From Candidatus Omnitrophota bacterium (GTDB lineage: Bacteria; Omnitrophota; Gorgyraeia; 2-01-FULL-45-10; JBDRSA01), in NCBI GenBank assembly GCA_043825275.1, contig JBDRSA010000004.1, positions 1 to 17,560 on the forward strand: a DNA stretch of 17,560 bases. Reading direction: 5' to 3'. The notes below the pieces were generated by a model. It did no database searches. It had not been told where the DNA came from and worked only from the letters and a program-made list of their open reading frames with translations. This document shows, piece by piece, positions 1-6,968 of the stretch; the stretch's first letter is position 1, and each line of letters begins with the position of its first letter. A program made the translations under genes and the position numbers.

Positions 1-865
1 ATGATTCATCTTGCCGCAACACCTTTGGCTTTCGCATCCTGCCCTTGCGGGCAAACTCAAAGACCGTAACTTCCGGACGGCAGAGAAAACGGACCCCTTT
101 CTGCGAAACGATCCCTCTGTTAACATACATAAGCGTGTCCCGAACTTTAAAGAGCCCCGCGATATAGACAGAATGTGTCGAGTACGGAAAGATCTTCCGC
201 AGGATCGGCACGCCGCACTGGCCGCCGTGTGTATCTCCGGCAAGCACAAGCTCCGCTTTTTCGATCGCCGCCTGCTTAATTATCTCGGGAAAGTGATATA
301 GAACGATCACGGGGTCCTCATCGGGAATATTTTTGATCACCCCGGCGAGCGATCCCGGATCAGCGGGATTTACGAGCCAGAAAAACGACGATTCATCATT
401 CTTCAAATTCAGGCGCACCGCTTCATTATTCAGGATCGTTACCCCCGCCGCGTCCCACATTTTAGACTTCAGGGTCTTCGCTGCCCAGGCGTCCCCCGGA
501 GCCTCTCCGAGAACCATGTACGTACGAAATCGCGGCTCAAAGAGGCTCAACACATCAACTGCCGGCTGGACCCCCTGGCCGCTCTCAACGACATCGCCTG
601 TTATCAGTATAAGATCGGGCCGTAATTTTTCAATAATACCGATCAGCGACCGCTCGACATATCCGATCCGTTCCATGTGAAGATCGGATAATTGAACGAC
701 CGTAAGGCCTTCAAGCGCCCGGCCGAGCTTCTCATTAACGATCCGGACCCGGTCCACCCGTATCCAGTTCGGCTCGATGAAGAACATGTCCAGATAGATG
801 AGCTGGAGCGTTATCATCGCCGCGACGAAGACGATCCATAGTTTTGAGGTGACGCTTTTGATCAT
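1..865 (-). CDS. Membrane-anchored calcineurin-like metallophosphoesterase (COG1408/YkuE-type); the C-terminal end runs off the left window edge
   Basis: Absent from the supplied ORF track because there is no stop in the window. My own minus-strand translation from ATG 865-863 gives an unbroken 288-codon frame down to position 2. It reads MIKSVTSKLWIVFVAAMITLQLIYL (N-terminal TM) ... VVQLSDLHMERIG ... LILITGDVVE ... YMVLGEAPGD ... VIVLYHFPE ... LAGDTHGGQCGVP ... MYVNRGIV ... RPEVTVFEF. This is the DxH / GD / (GNHD position) / H / GxxHGGQ motif order of the family. The plus-strand track ORFs 11..301 and 333..680 are its antisense shadows. Confidence 0.8.
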   Translation of the reverse strand, partial: MIKSVTSKLWIVFVAAMITLQLIYLDMFFIEPNWIRVDRVRIVNEKLGRALEGLTVVQLSDLHMERIGYVERSLIGIIEKLRPDLILITGDVVESGQGVQPAVDVLSLFEPRFRTYMVLGEAPGDAWAAKTLKSKMWDAAGVTILNNEAVRLNLKNDESSFFWLVNPADPGSLAGVIKNIPDEDPVIVLYHFPEIIKQAAIEKAELVLAGDTHGGQCGVPILRKIFPYSTHSVYIAGLFKVRDTLMYVNRGIVSQKGVRFLCRPEVTVFEFARKGRMRKPKVLRQDES

Positions 866-958
866 ACCGGTTTTCTCATAAGGATATAACAAGCCCCGCG
901 CCTCCGGTCATGAGGACGCGCAAGGGCGGGGCGGGGCGAGCCATTATCAATAAAGCAG

Positions 959-1141
959 CTATCTCTTTTCTATGAGCACAAGTAACAAAAGAGCGATCGT
1001 AAGCAGCAGGCAGACCGCGGAAAAACTCATAATGGCGGTCGGAAAAGAGCCGAGAAGCGGAAGATTGGCCAGTTTGGATATCACCGCGACAATCAGGCTG
1101 ACGGCTCCAACAACTAATAACGTCCTTGAGAGATTCAACAT
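959..1141 (-). CDS. Small (60 aa) two-TM membrane protein, function unknown
   Basis: Track ORF 959..1225 trimmed to the internal ATG at 1141. The product is MLNLSRTLLVVGAVSLIVAVISKLANLPLLGSFPTAIMSFSAVCLLLTIALLLLVLIEKR, with two hydrophobic helices. An SD AAGGAAGGG lies 7 nt upstream of this ATG. The longer N-terminal extension would run through the promoter-like TTGACA. No family recognised. Confidence 0.5.
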   Translation of the reverse strand: MLNLSRTLLVVGAVSLIVAVISKLANLPLLGSFPTAIMSFSAVCLLLTIALLLLVLIEKR

Positions 1142-1165
1142 ACATTCACCCTTCCTTTTACTCAA

Positions 1166-1195
1166 ATACTTAGCATATATAGTGTATGATGTCAA
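1166..1195 (-). promoter_or_regulatory. Putative sigma70-type promoter for the small membrane-protein gene
   Basis: The minus strand has a perfect -35 TTGACA (plus coords 1190-1195), an 18-nt spacer, then AAGTAT (1171-1166), which keeps only A-11, A-8 and T-7 of TATAAT. The SD follows about 10 nt later. The -10 is weak, so the call is tentative. Confidence 0.3.
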
Positions 1196-1213
1196 GCGCG
1201 CTTCGTGAAAATA

Positions 1214-1280
1214 ACTAGAGGCCATCTCATAAATATCTGTGATGGCCTCTAGTCCCGTTAGAAGCTTTGCTTCTAACGGG
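1214..1280 (-). terminator. Two back-to-back perfect hairpins directly after the stop of the 476-aa gene; likely an intrinsic terminator or RNA-stability element
   Basis: Hairpin A: cccgttagaagc (1254-1265) / ttt / gcttctaacggg (1269-1280), a 12-bp perfect stem that begins 1 nt after the TAG stop (1282-1284 on plus). Hairpin B: actagaggccatc (1214-1226) / 14-nt loop / gatggcctctagt (1241-1253), a 13-bp perfect stem. On the minus strand hairpin B is followed by TTATTTTCAC (a U-rich tract). Confidence 0.5.
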
Positions 1281-1281
1281 G

Positions 1282-2712
1282 CTAGCTGGTCCAGACGGCG
1301 TAATCATACGCGGTATCGATGATCGGCTTAAAAGGGGCCCCGGGAGAGCCGACCGTCTCAAAGATAAGCGTAACTTCTTCTCCGGCATAACGCGAGAGAT
1401 CGACATCTCCCTGGAACCATCTTCTGTCGGACTTATTCTCTTTCGGATTGATATACCTCGAAAAGAGAATAACCGCGGGTGCGTCCGGGCCGACATCCTC
1501 AACAACCCTGAACTCAACACCGTCGCCCGGCTTATCCCACGCTTCTTCCAGGACGCCAAACCCAAAGACAATGTGAACGTTCTTGCTTTGTACGGGGAAC
1601 GTTACCCGGATCTTCGTCGGCGCCGGCGCGAAAACCGCGTATTTTTCCAGGCCTCCTATCCGCACATATTTTTTAAGGGAATCGACAGTATACCTTTTTT
1701 GTGCCGCCATCTCCCGCAGACGATCAATGGTGAACTTTTCTATAAAGAACGTGATCAGCGCATTTTTCTCCTGGATGGGATGAGACCGAAAATAATGAAA
1801 AGTACCGGCGGAAGACAGATAATATTCGGCAAACTCCTCTTTGACGAACAGTACGATCTTTTGAAGGAATAGATCCTGATTGATCTTGAAAATCATTAGT
1901 TTGCGCCGAAGCCGCTGCTTCAGATCCTCAGCCGTAGAGGCGTTCGCGAACATGATGATCAGATTATGCCACCCTTCTTCGACAGTTCCCCAGAAATGAT
2001 AGTCTTGTAGCTTATTGGGATCATATTTTCTGACCAGAGCTGACCCGAGCGTGTTGTCGTCTATCGCGAACTCCATCTTACAATTCGTATCGAGCATCGG
2101 GTCATCGGGTTTGGTTGAGTCATTCCGCGCGCATACGACAAACCGATGGAGGCCTTTATTTAAATGCACCGTCTTATGCATGGCCCCTTTGCTGGAAAGA
2201 CCTTTGAAGCCGTGCCGTTCTGCGCTTTTCACCGAAGAGCTTACCCCCATATCCGCTCCTTGAATAGCCAGGGTCGGGCCGCTTTGTATCAGAAAATAGC
2301 TGCCGAAGATCTCCCGACCTTCTGGAGCGCCAGATCTCACTACTTCTATCTCGCTATCTTCTACAGTCAGATACATCTCTTCGGTGAGCGGAACGCTCTT
2401 TGGCGAGAAAGACGCGATCGCATACCCCTCCAGATCCCATTTTTTGGCGGCGGGGTTCATCTTTATCAGGTCATCGCGCGTAATGCGTTCCCACTGCTCC
2501 ACTTTTTCCCGGGTCAACAAAGAACCTATCGCGTCAAAAAGCGTGGATTCAACCTTCACGTTCCTCACATTTTCCATCAGGGTGTAAGCATAAATATCTT
2601 CTTTCTTTTTTGCGGTAAGCAGAAAGAGAGTTACACCGAAAATAAGGATCATCAGGATCGACAACTTCAGTACGACACCGAATATCCTGTTGTATACTGA
2701 CGCGCTTGACAT
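1282..2712 (-). CDS. Membrane-anchored exported protein of unknown function (476 aa) with a beta-rich C-terminal domain
   Basis: Long ORF with an ATG start and AAGGAG 13 nt upstream. It has an N-terminal signal-anchor (IFGVVLKLSILMILIFGVTLFLLTA). The C-terminal segment ...GDGVEFRVVEDVG...RRWFQGDVDLSRYAGEEVTLIFETVGSPG...DYAVWTS resembles beta-sandwich tails I have seen on envelope-glycan proteins; this is recollection, not verified. The gene starts 17 nt after the Wzy_C-like gene, so the two look co-transcribed. Confidence 0.75.
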   Translation of the reverse strand: MSSASVYNRIFGVVLKLSILMILIFGVTLFLLTAKKKEDIYAYTLMENVRNVKVESTLFDAIGSLLTREKVEQWERITRDDLIKMNPAAKKWDLEGYAIASFSPKSVPLTEEMYLTVEDSEIEVVRSGAPEGREIFGSYFLIQSGPTLAIQGADMGVSSSVKSAERHGFKGLSSKGAMHKTVHLNKGLHRFVVCARNDSTKPDDPMLDTNCKMEFAIDDNTLGSALVRKYDPNKLQDYHFWGTVEEGWHNLIIMFANASTAEDLKQRLRRKLMIFKINQDLFLQKIVLFVKEEFAEYYLSSAGTFHYFRSHPIQEKNALITFFIEKFTIDRLREMAAQKRYTVDSLKKYVRIGGLEKYAVFAPAPTKIRVTFPVQSKNVHIVFGFGVLEEAWDKPGDGVEFRVVEDVGPDAPAVILFSRYINPKENKSDRRWFQGDVDLSRYAGEEVTLIFETVGSPGAPFKPIIDTAYDYAVWTS

Positions 2713-2729
2713 ATCTTTATCAAAACTCC

Positions 2730-3983
2730 TTACTTCCCTTCTTCCGCGCTCCTTTGTTCACAAGCAGTCGAGGCGACCCCTGCTCCGACCAGCACCCAGA
2801 AGAGTCCCGCGATCTCGCTCTGGCTCCAAAAATAGTCGACCAGTCCATGCCCCAGGAATCCTGCCAGTGAACAGAGGATCCCCAGCGTAATATATGTCTG
2901 TCCGAAACCATCTGACGCCCGTATGCCTTTATACAGCTTCCGCATAACAGCTCCGTACAACCACAAGAGCGCGAGCAGCCCGAAAAAACCGAGGTTGACC
3001 GTCGTTTCCAAAAAAATATTGTGCGTCCTGAAACGAGGAACGTTCTTCCAAAAGAACATATCCGCGCCCTGACCGCGAAAAGGGTACTCCTGAATAGATC
3101 GCAGAGCGCTCTTCGCATACTCGAGCCGGATCTTCTCCGTCGGCTCAAGGGTTCCTGTCGTGAACGAGCGAAAACCGAAAAGGTTAAATAAGAACGCTGA
3201 TACTATAATACCACAGAGCAAAAAGAAGAGGGCGATAATTTTCGGCTTTCTGTATTGTACCGCGAATATGGCCACGAAACAGGCAAAGGCGAAGAAGAGC
3301 CCTATGAGCCAGCCTTTCGTCCCCGAAAGAACCGCGCAAAAGATAAATAAAACAGTTAAAGATCCGTAGACGGCTCTCCGAAAAACGCTCGAATGAGGCC
3401 GGAAGATCCAAAAACACGCGGCGAGCGGAACAAGCGCGCCGAAAAATACGCTCATATTCGTCGGCCATCCAAACAGCCCGCAGATCCGGTGAGAACTGAC
3501 CTCGGCGCTTTCGAAGAATCGCCGGAGGCCATCTATCGCGTCATGACGAAAATACTGCGCGGCCACAAATACCGAGGCAATGCAGGCGCCGGCAAAAACA
3601 CAGGAGATCAGCCGCTCAAGCCGGCGTTCACTTGTTATAAAATTAATTATCGCGAAGGCGACGATGCCGAGGCCAAAGAACCGCGCCGTGTATTTCAACG
3701 ACCAGATCATCTTTTCTGACGGTATGACGCTTGAAAAAAGATGGATCCCTAAAAAAACGATGAAGGGATAAACGAGACCTCCCCCGTTCGGGACGTTCTC
3801 CCTGTTCGACAATATCGCGATCTCCCACAATATGATGAGAATGACGACCTCAAGCGCGAAAAAACTCTTTATCGCGGGAATCGTTAATCCGAGATTCTCC
3901 AGGGAAAAATCAAACGGAAGGAATAGAGCTATGCAGCAGCAGCAGTAAAAGACGGCGCGCCGAACGAACAAGGATAGTTTCAT
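2730..3983 (-). CDS. O-antigen ligase / O-antigen polymerase family (Wzy_C-like) polytopic membrane protein
   Basis: About 10-12 hydrophobic helices. The characteristic loop-plus-motif is RLEYAKSALRSIQEYPFRGQGADMFFW...RFRTHNIFLETTVNLGFFGLLALLWL, matching the R..W....P.G.G...F....HN..L....G..G pattern of PF04932. The track start at 3989 is TTG. I prefer the ATG two codons in (3983, MKLSLFV...). Confidence 0.8.
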   Translation of the reverse strand: MKLSLFVRRAVFYCCCCIALFLPFDFSLENLGLTIPAIKSFFALEVVILIILWEIAILSNRENVPNGGGLVYPFIVFLGIHLFSSVIPSEKMIWSLKYTARFFGLGIVAFAIINFITSERRLERLISCVFAGACIASVFVAAQYFRHDAIDGLRRFFESAEVSSHRICGLFGWPTNMSVFFGALVPLAACFWIFRPHSSVFRRAVYGSLTVLFIFCAVLSGTKGWLIGLFFAFACFVAIFAVQYRKPKIIALFFLLCGIIVSAFLFNLFGFRSFTTGTLEPTEKIRLEYAKSALRSIQEYPFRGQGADMFFWKNVPRFRTHNIFLETTVNLGFFGLLALLWLYGAVMRKLYKGIRASDGFGQTYITLGILCSLAGFLGHGLVDYFWSQSEIAGLFWVLVGAGVASTACEQRSAEEGK

Positions 3984-4124
3984 GGGCAATTATCGGGAAG
4001 AGCCGGCGCGGGAATACCGCCGATCGTTCTTCGAACCGCGGGACAATGGCCCCGTCCGCGAACATAGGGAACGGCCGGATGTCCGCCGGGAAGAAATCCG
4101 CGGTCTCGTTCTATGGCGAAGGCG

Positions 4125-5111
4125 TCACTTAACTTCTGACTGTACGCCATCAGAACTCACAAAGCAGATCCTGTTCCTTCCCGTCTCCTTCGCGTAGTAC
4201 AGGCACTCATCGGCTTTCGCGACCAACGACCTCGGGTCTTTCGAGTCATCCGGATAGGACGAGAGGCCGATGCTGATGGTAAGATGGGCGGTCGTGAGAG
4301 CTTTCTTATCGATGAATTTTGAATTCGCCACGAGCATCCGCAGGCGCTTCGCCACAATAATGGCCTTTGCCTTATCCGTCTCCGGCAGCAGCGTCACAAA
4401 CTCCTCACCGCCGTACCTGAAAACGTGGTCGGTGAACCGGACGCTTCCTGAAAGGATCTGCGCGACCTTTTTCAGGGCCCAATCACCCGCCTGGTGCCCC
4501 TGAGAATCATTAAAATTCTTGAAATGGTCGACATCGATCATCATGCACGAAAGAGGCTTCATGTATTTTGCCGCCCGCATCAGCTCATCGGGAAGCATCG
4601 CGTCAAAATGCCTCCGATTGTAGATCTCGGTCAACCCGTCAAGGATCGACAGCCGCTGATACTGCTCCTTCTCTTTCGCCTCCTTCAAGAGGAGCTGGCG
4701 CTCAACCGCCCTGCGCACGACGACCTTGATCTCCTCAATGTTGAACGGCTTTGAGATATAGTCGTACGCGCCCTCTTTCAGGACCTCCATAGCGGATTGT
4801 ATTGACGCGTAGCCGGTTATGACAATGACGCAGACATCCGCCTTCGCGCTTCTGAATTTTTTTGTGACCTCTACGCCGTCAATACCCGGCATTCTCATGT
4901 CCGTTATCACAATGCTGAAATCGCTGTTGTTGACGAGCCTCACCGCCTCTTCGCCGCTTGACGCCGTACACACCTGGTAGCCGGATTCGGTCAAGACATC
5001 CTTCAGCATGCTGCGCATAATGTCTTCATCGTCTACCACCAGAATGCTAACCGCGGCCATCGCGTTCGCGACGGCGTCTCTCGATCTCTTAACGTTCTCC
5101 CGCTCAGCCAT
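4125..5111 (-). CDS. Response regulator with GGDEF output (REC-GGDEF diguanylate cyclase, PleD/WspR-like)
   Basis: REC domain: ILVVDDEDIMRSML...FSIVITDMRMPGIDG...VIVITGYAS, giving the acidic pocket, phospho-acceptor Asp and conserved Lys region. GGDEF domain: LDGLTEIYNRRHFD...IDVDHFKNFNDSQGHQAGDWALK...RFTDHVFRYGGEEFVTLL...ADECLYYAKETGRNR. The active site GGEEF is intact and an RxxD I-site (RFTD) lies 5 residues upstream. SD AGAGGAG precedes the ATG. The gene starts 23 nt after the kinase gene. Confidence 0.95.
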   Translation of the reverse strand: MAERENVKRSRDAVANAMAAVSILVVDDEDIMRSMLKDVLTESGYQVCTASSGEEAVRLVNNSDFSIVITDMRMPGIDGVEVTKKFRSAKADVCVIVITGYASIQSAMEVLKEGAYDYISKPFNIEEIKVVVRRAVERQLLLKEAKEKEQYQRLSILDGLTEIYNRRHFDAMLPDELMRAAKYMKPLSCMMIDVDHFKNFNDSQGHQAGDWALKKVAQILSGSVRFTDHVFRYGGEEFVTLLPETDKAKAIIVAKRLRMLVANSKFIDKKALTTAHLTISIGLSSYPDDSKDPRSLVAKADECLYYAKETGRNRICFVSSDGVQSEVK

Positions 5112-5134
5112 GATTTTTTGCCGCTCCTCTTTTT

Positions 5135-6898
5135 TTATTTTTTAGGCTCTTTGGATTTCACTATCGGGAAGCTCAGTATAAAAGTGGTTCCTTTCCCCTC
5201 TTCACTCTCCGCGGCAACCGTCCCTCGGTGGGCCTGAACGATCGTATGGGTTATTGAAAGCCCGAGGCCTGTTCCGGATCTTCCTACCTTGCTCGTAAAA
5301 AAAGGATCGAAGATATTTGCCAGGTTCTCCTTCGAGATCCCGCTGCCGGAATCCGAAACACGGACCTCCACATACTCAAGCGGAGGCCTGTATCTCGTAT
5401 CGCTCTTGTTCAGAGCGGTCACCTTGATCACGCCGTTCTCGCCCATAGCGTCCTGAGCGTTCTGAATAAGATTCGTGAACACCTGCTGCAGCTGATTCGC
5501 GTTCCCGTTGATCTTCCTGAGGCCTTCCGGAGAGAACGCGGCCGATACTTTCATGTTCTTCTGTGAGAGCTGGAACTCCATCATGCTGACGGTATTCTCA
5601 ATAACGTCCTGGATATTTATCTCTTCCATCTCTTCGGACGATTTCCGCGAAAAATTCAGCAGGTTCGATATGATCCACTGACAGCGCTTCGATTCCTTCT
5701 CAACCATCTCAAGGTATCTGATCGACGTATCAATGACATCCTGTGAGGGGGTAGAGGATTTAAGCCTGGATAATATCAGCTGCACGTACCCGAGGATCCC
5801 GCCGATAGGATTGTTCAGCTCGTGGGCGACGCCGGCGCTGAGCTGGCCGAGCGAGGCCATTTTCGAGGATTGGACGACCTGGTTATACGTCTGCCGCAGT
5901 TCATCCATCTGATCCTTGGCCTTCCCACGGTCGACCTGTTTATATTCGATCAACCGGTCCTCTTTCACCCTAAGCTCATCGGTTACCCGGAGGTGCGCGG
6001 CCTTCAAGGCGATCAGGCCGGTTATACTCTGAATGAGGCGGATCGCCCCTTTCAACAGCATCTCATCTCTTTTCGCGGCCGCCCCGATGACGCCGAAGAA
6101 TGCCCCCCGGTACTCAATGGGCACCAGAATAACCCCCCGGGACCCCTGCTGAAAAAATATCTTTTCTACTTCTTCAAATTTCTTCCCCCCCAAAAGACTC
6201 TTCTTAAAAACGGCTTCCTTCAATCGTATCTCGCGTATCGACGTCCCCTCTTCGTCAAGAGGGATATCTCTTCTTTCGGCCAGGCCTTCGGGGAAGAGCG
6301 GGTAAATGGTCGCCTTCTTCTTATCGCCGCTTATCAGTAGAAGAGCCGCGGAGTCTATATATTGGATCGATCGAAGGCCGTTCCTGGCTGCCTCGAGCAG
6401 ATCGCTCGTCGTTACCCCTGACGAGAGGATCTCCTGGAATTTTTGAAGGAATGAATTGCTTTGGCTGAAACTGCCGAGCGAAGATATCATCTGAGAACAG
6501 GCATGATCGATGTAGGCGATCTCGCCTTTCTCTTCTTCTATATGGCCTTCGCCGCAATACCCTTTTACTTTCTTTACCAGAACGGTCATCGGAGACAGGA
6601 TCCTGTCAAACAACGGAAAAGTAATGAGACAGACCGCCCCCAGGCTTAAAACCGCTACGAGCGCGGAAGAAAATATTACGGTGGTAAACTCCTTGCTCGC
6701 GAAAATACTGACAAGCAGCCCCGCCTCAATAAACAGAACGACCAGAACCACTCCAATAACAAAGATTTTTATGATTTTATCTTTCAAGAACGGCCATCTT
6801 TCTTTTTTCTTGAGGCTTTTAATGAAATATAGCACCACTCTTTGTGCTTTGTCAAGTTTAAATTCCTCTGTCGAAATTCCTCTGTCGGTTATTGACAC
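5135..6898 (-). CDS. Membrane-bound sensor histidine kinase (2 TM, GAF-like domain, HisKA, HATPase_c)
   Basis: Two adjacent TM helices (IIKIFVIGVVLVVLFIEAGLLVSIF / VIFSSALVAVLSLGAVCLITFPLF) with almost no periplasmic loop. GAF-like core: ...IDSAALLLISGD...GVILVPIEYRGAFFGVIGAAAKR. H-box: SLGQLSAGVAHELNNPIGGILGYVQL. N-box: QVFTNLIQNAQDAM. G-boxes: VSDSGSGI and GTGLGLSI. The annotated start is GTG at 6898. The true start is uncertain because of the 14-bp tandem repeat at 6860-6887 (see findings). Confidence 0.9.
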   Translation of the reverse strand: MSITDRGISTEEFKLDKAQRVVLYFIKSLKKKERWPFLKDKIIKIFVIGVVLVVLFIEAGLLVSIFASKEFTTVIFSSALVAVLSLGAVCLITFPLFDRILSPMTVLVKKVKGYCGEGHIEEEKGEIAYIDHACSQMISSLGSFSQSNSFLQKFQEILSSGVTTSDLLEAARNGLRSIQYIDSAALLLISGDKKKATIYPLFPEGLAERRDIPLDEEGTSIREIRLKEAVFKKSLLGGKKFEEVEKIFFQQGSRGVILVPIEYRGAFFGVIGAAAKRDEMLLKGAIRLIQSITGLIALKAAHLRVTDELRVKEDRLIEYKQVDRGKAKDQMDELRQTYNQVVQSSKMASLGQLSAGVAHELNNPIGGILGYVQLILSRLKSSTPSQDVIDTSIRYLEMVEKESKRCQWIISNLLNFSRKSSEEMEEINIQDVIENTVSMMEFQLSQKNMKVSAAFSPEGLRKINGNANQLQQVFTNLIQNAQDAMGENGVIKVTALNKSDTRYRPPLEYVEVRVSDSGSGISKENLANIFDPFFTSKVGRSGTGLGLSITHTIVQAHRGTVAAESEEGKGTTFILSFPIVKSKEPKK

Positions 6899-6968
6899 TA
6901 AGGCGATTTAGTGCTATATTTAAATGTAAATTAGGCATTAATATTGTCGATGGAAAGATTTGGCTCTT
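6899..6968. promoter_or_regulatory. AT-rich divergent intergenic region between the kinase operon and the LysM/motor operon; presumed to hold promoters for both
   Basis: It is the only AT-rich gap between two divergent operons: ctaaggcgatttagtgctatatttaaatgtaaattaggcattaatattgtcgatggaaagatttggctctt. It contains several TATA-like hexamers (TATATT, TAATAT) and a TAAA-N15-GTCGAT motif. No confident sigma70 -35/-10 pair with 17-nt spacing could be assigned. Confidence 0.4.

Noticed and set aside
11-680. Plus-strand track ORFs 11..301 and 333..680
   Set aside because: They lie antisense to the uninterrupted metallophosphoesterase frame (1..865, minus), which has clear family motifs. The plus-strand products are Arg/Pro/Ser-rich with no recognisable features.
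1267-2700. Plus-strand ORFs 1267..1872 (201 aa), 2015..2263, 2164..2700 (178 aa) and 2384..2587
   Set aside because: All are antisense to the 476-aa gene. Their composition (R/F/L-rich, no domains) is typical of shadow ORFs.
3982-4197. A 71-aa Arg/Glu-rich plus-strand ORF spanning the GC-rich gap between the RR and Wzy_C-like genes; also considered as a possible c-di-GMP riboswitch or terminator site
   Set aside because: The ORF overlaps the 3' end of the RR gene and has no SD or motif. I found only imperfect stems (for example cgcgggac...gtccgcg with a bulge) and none of the GEMM-type conserved blocks that I can recall. No structured RNA or terminator call can be supported by eye.
5822-6340. 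A 172-aa plus-strand ORF inside the histidine kinase gene (plus 6461..6649 and 6624..6911)
   Set aside because: These are antisense shadows of the kinase gene, which has unambiguous H, N and G boxes.
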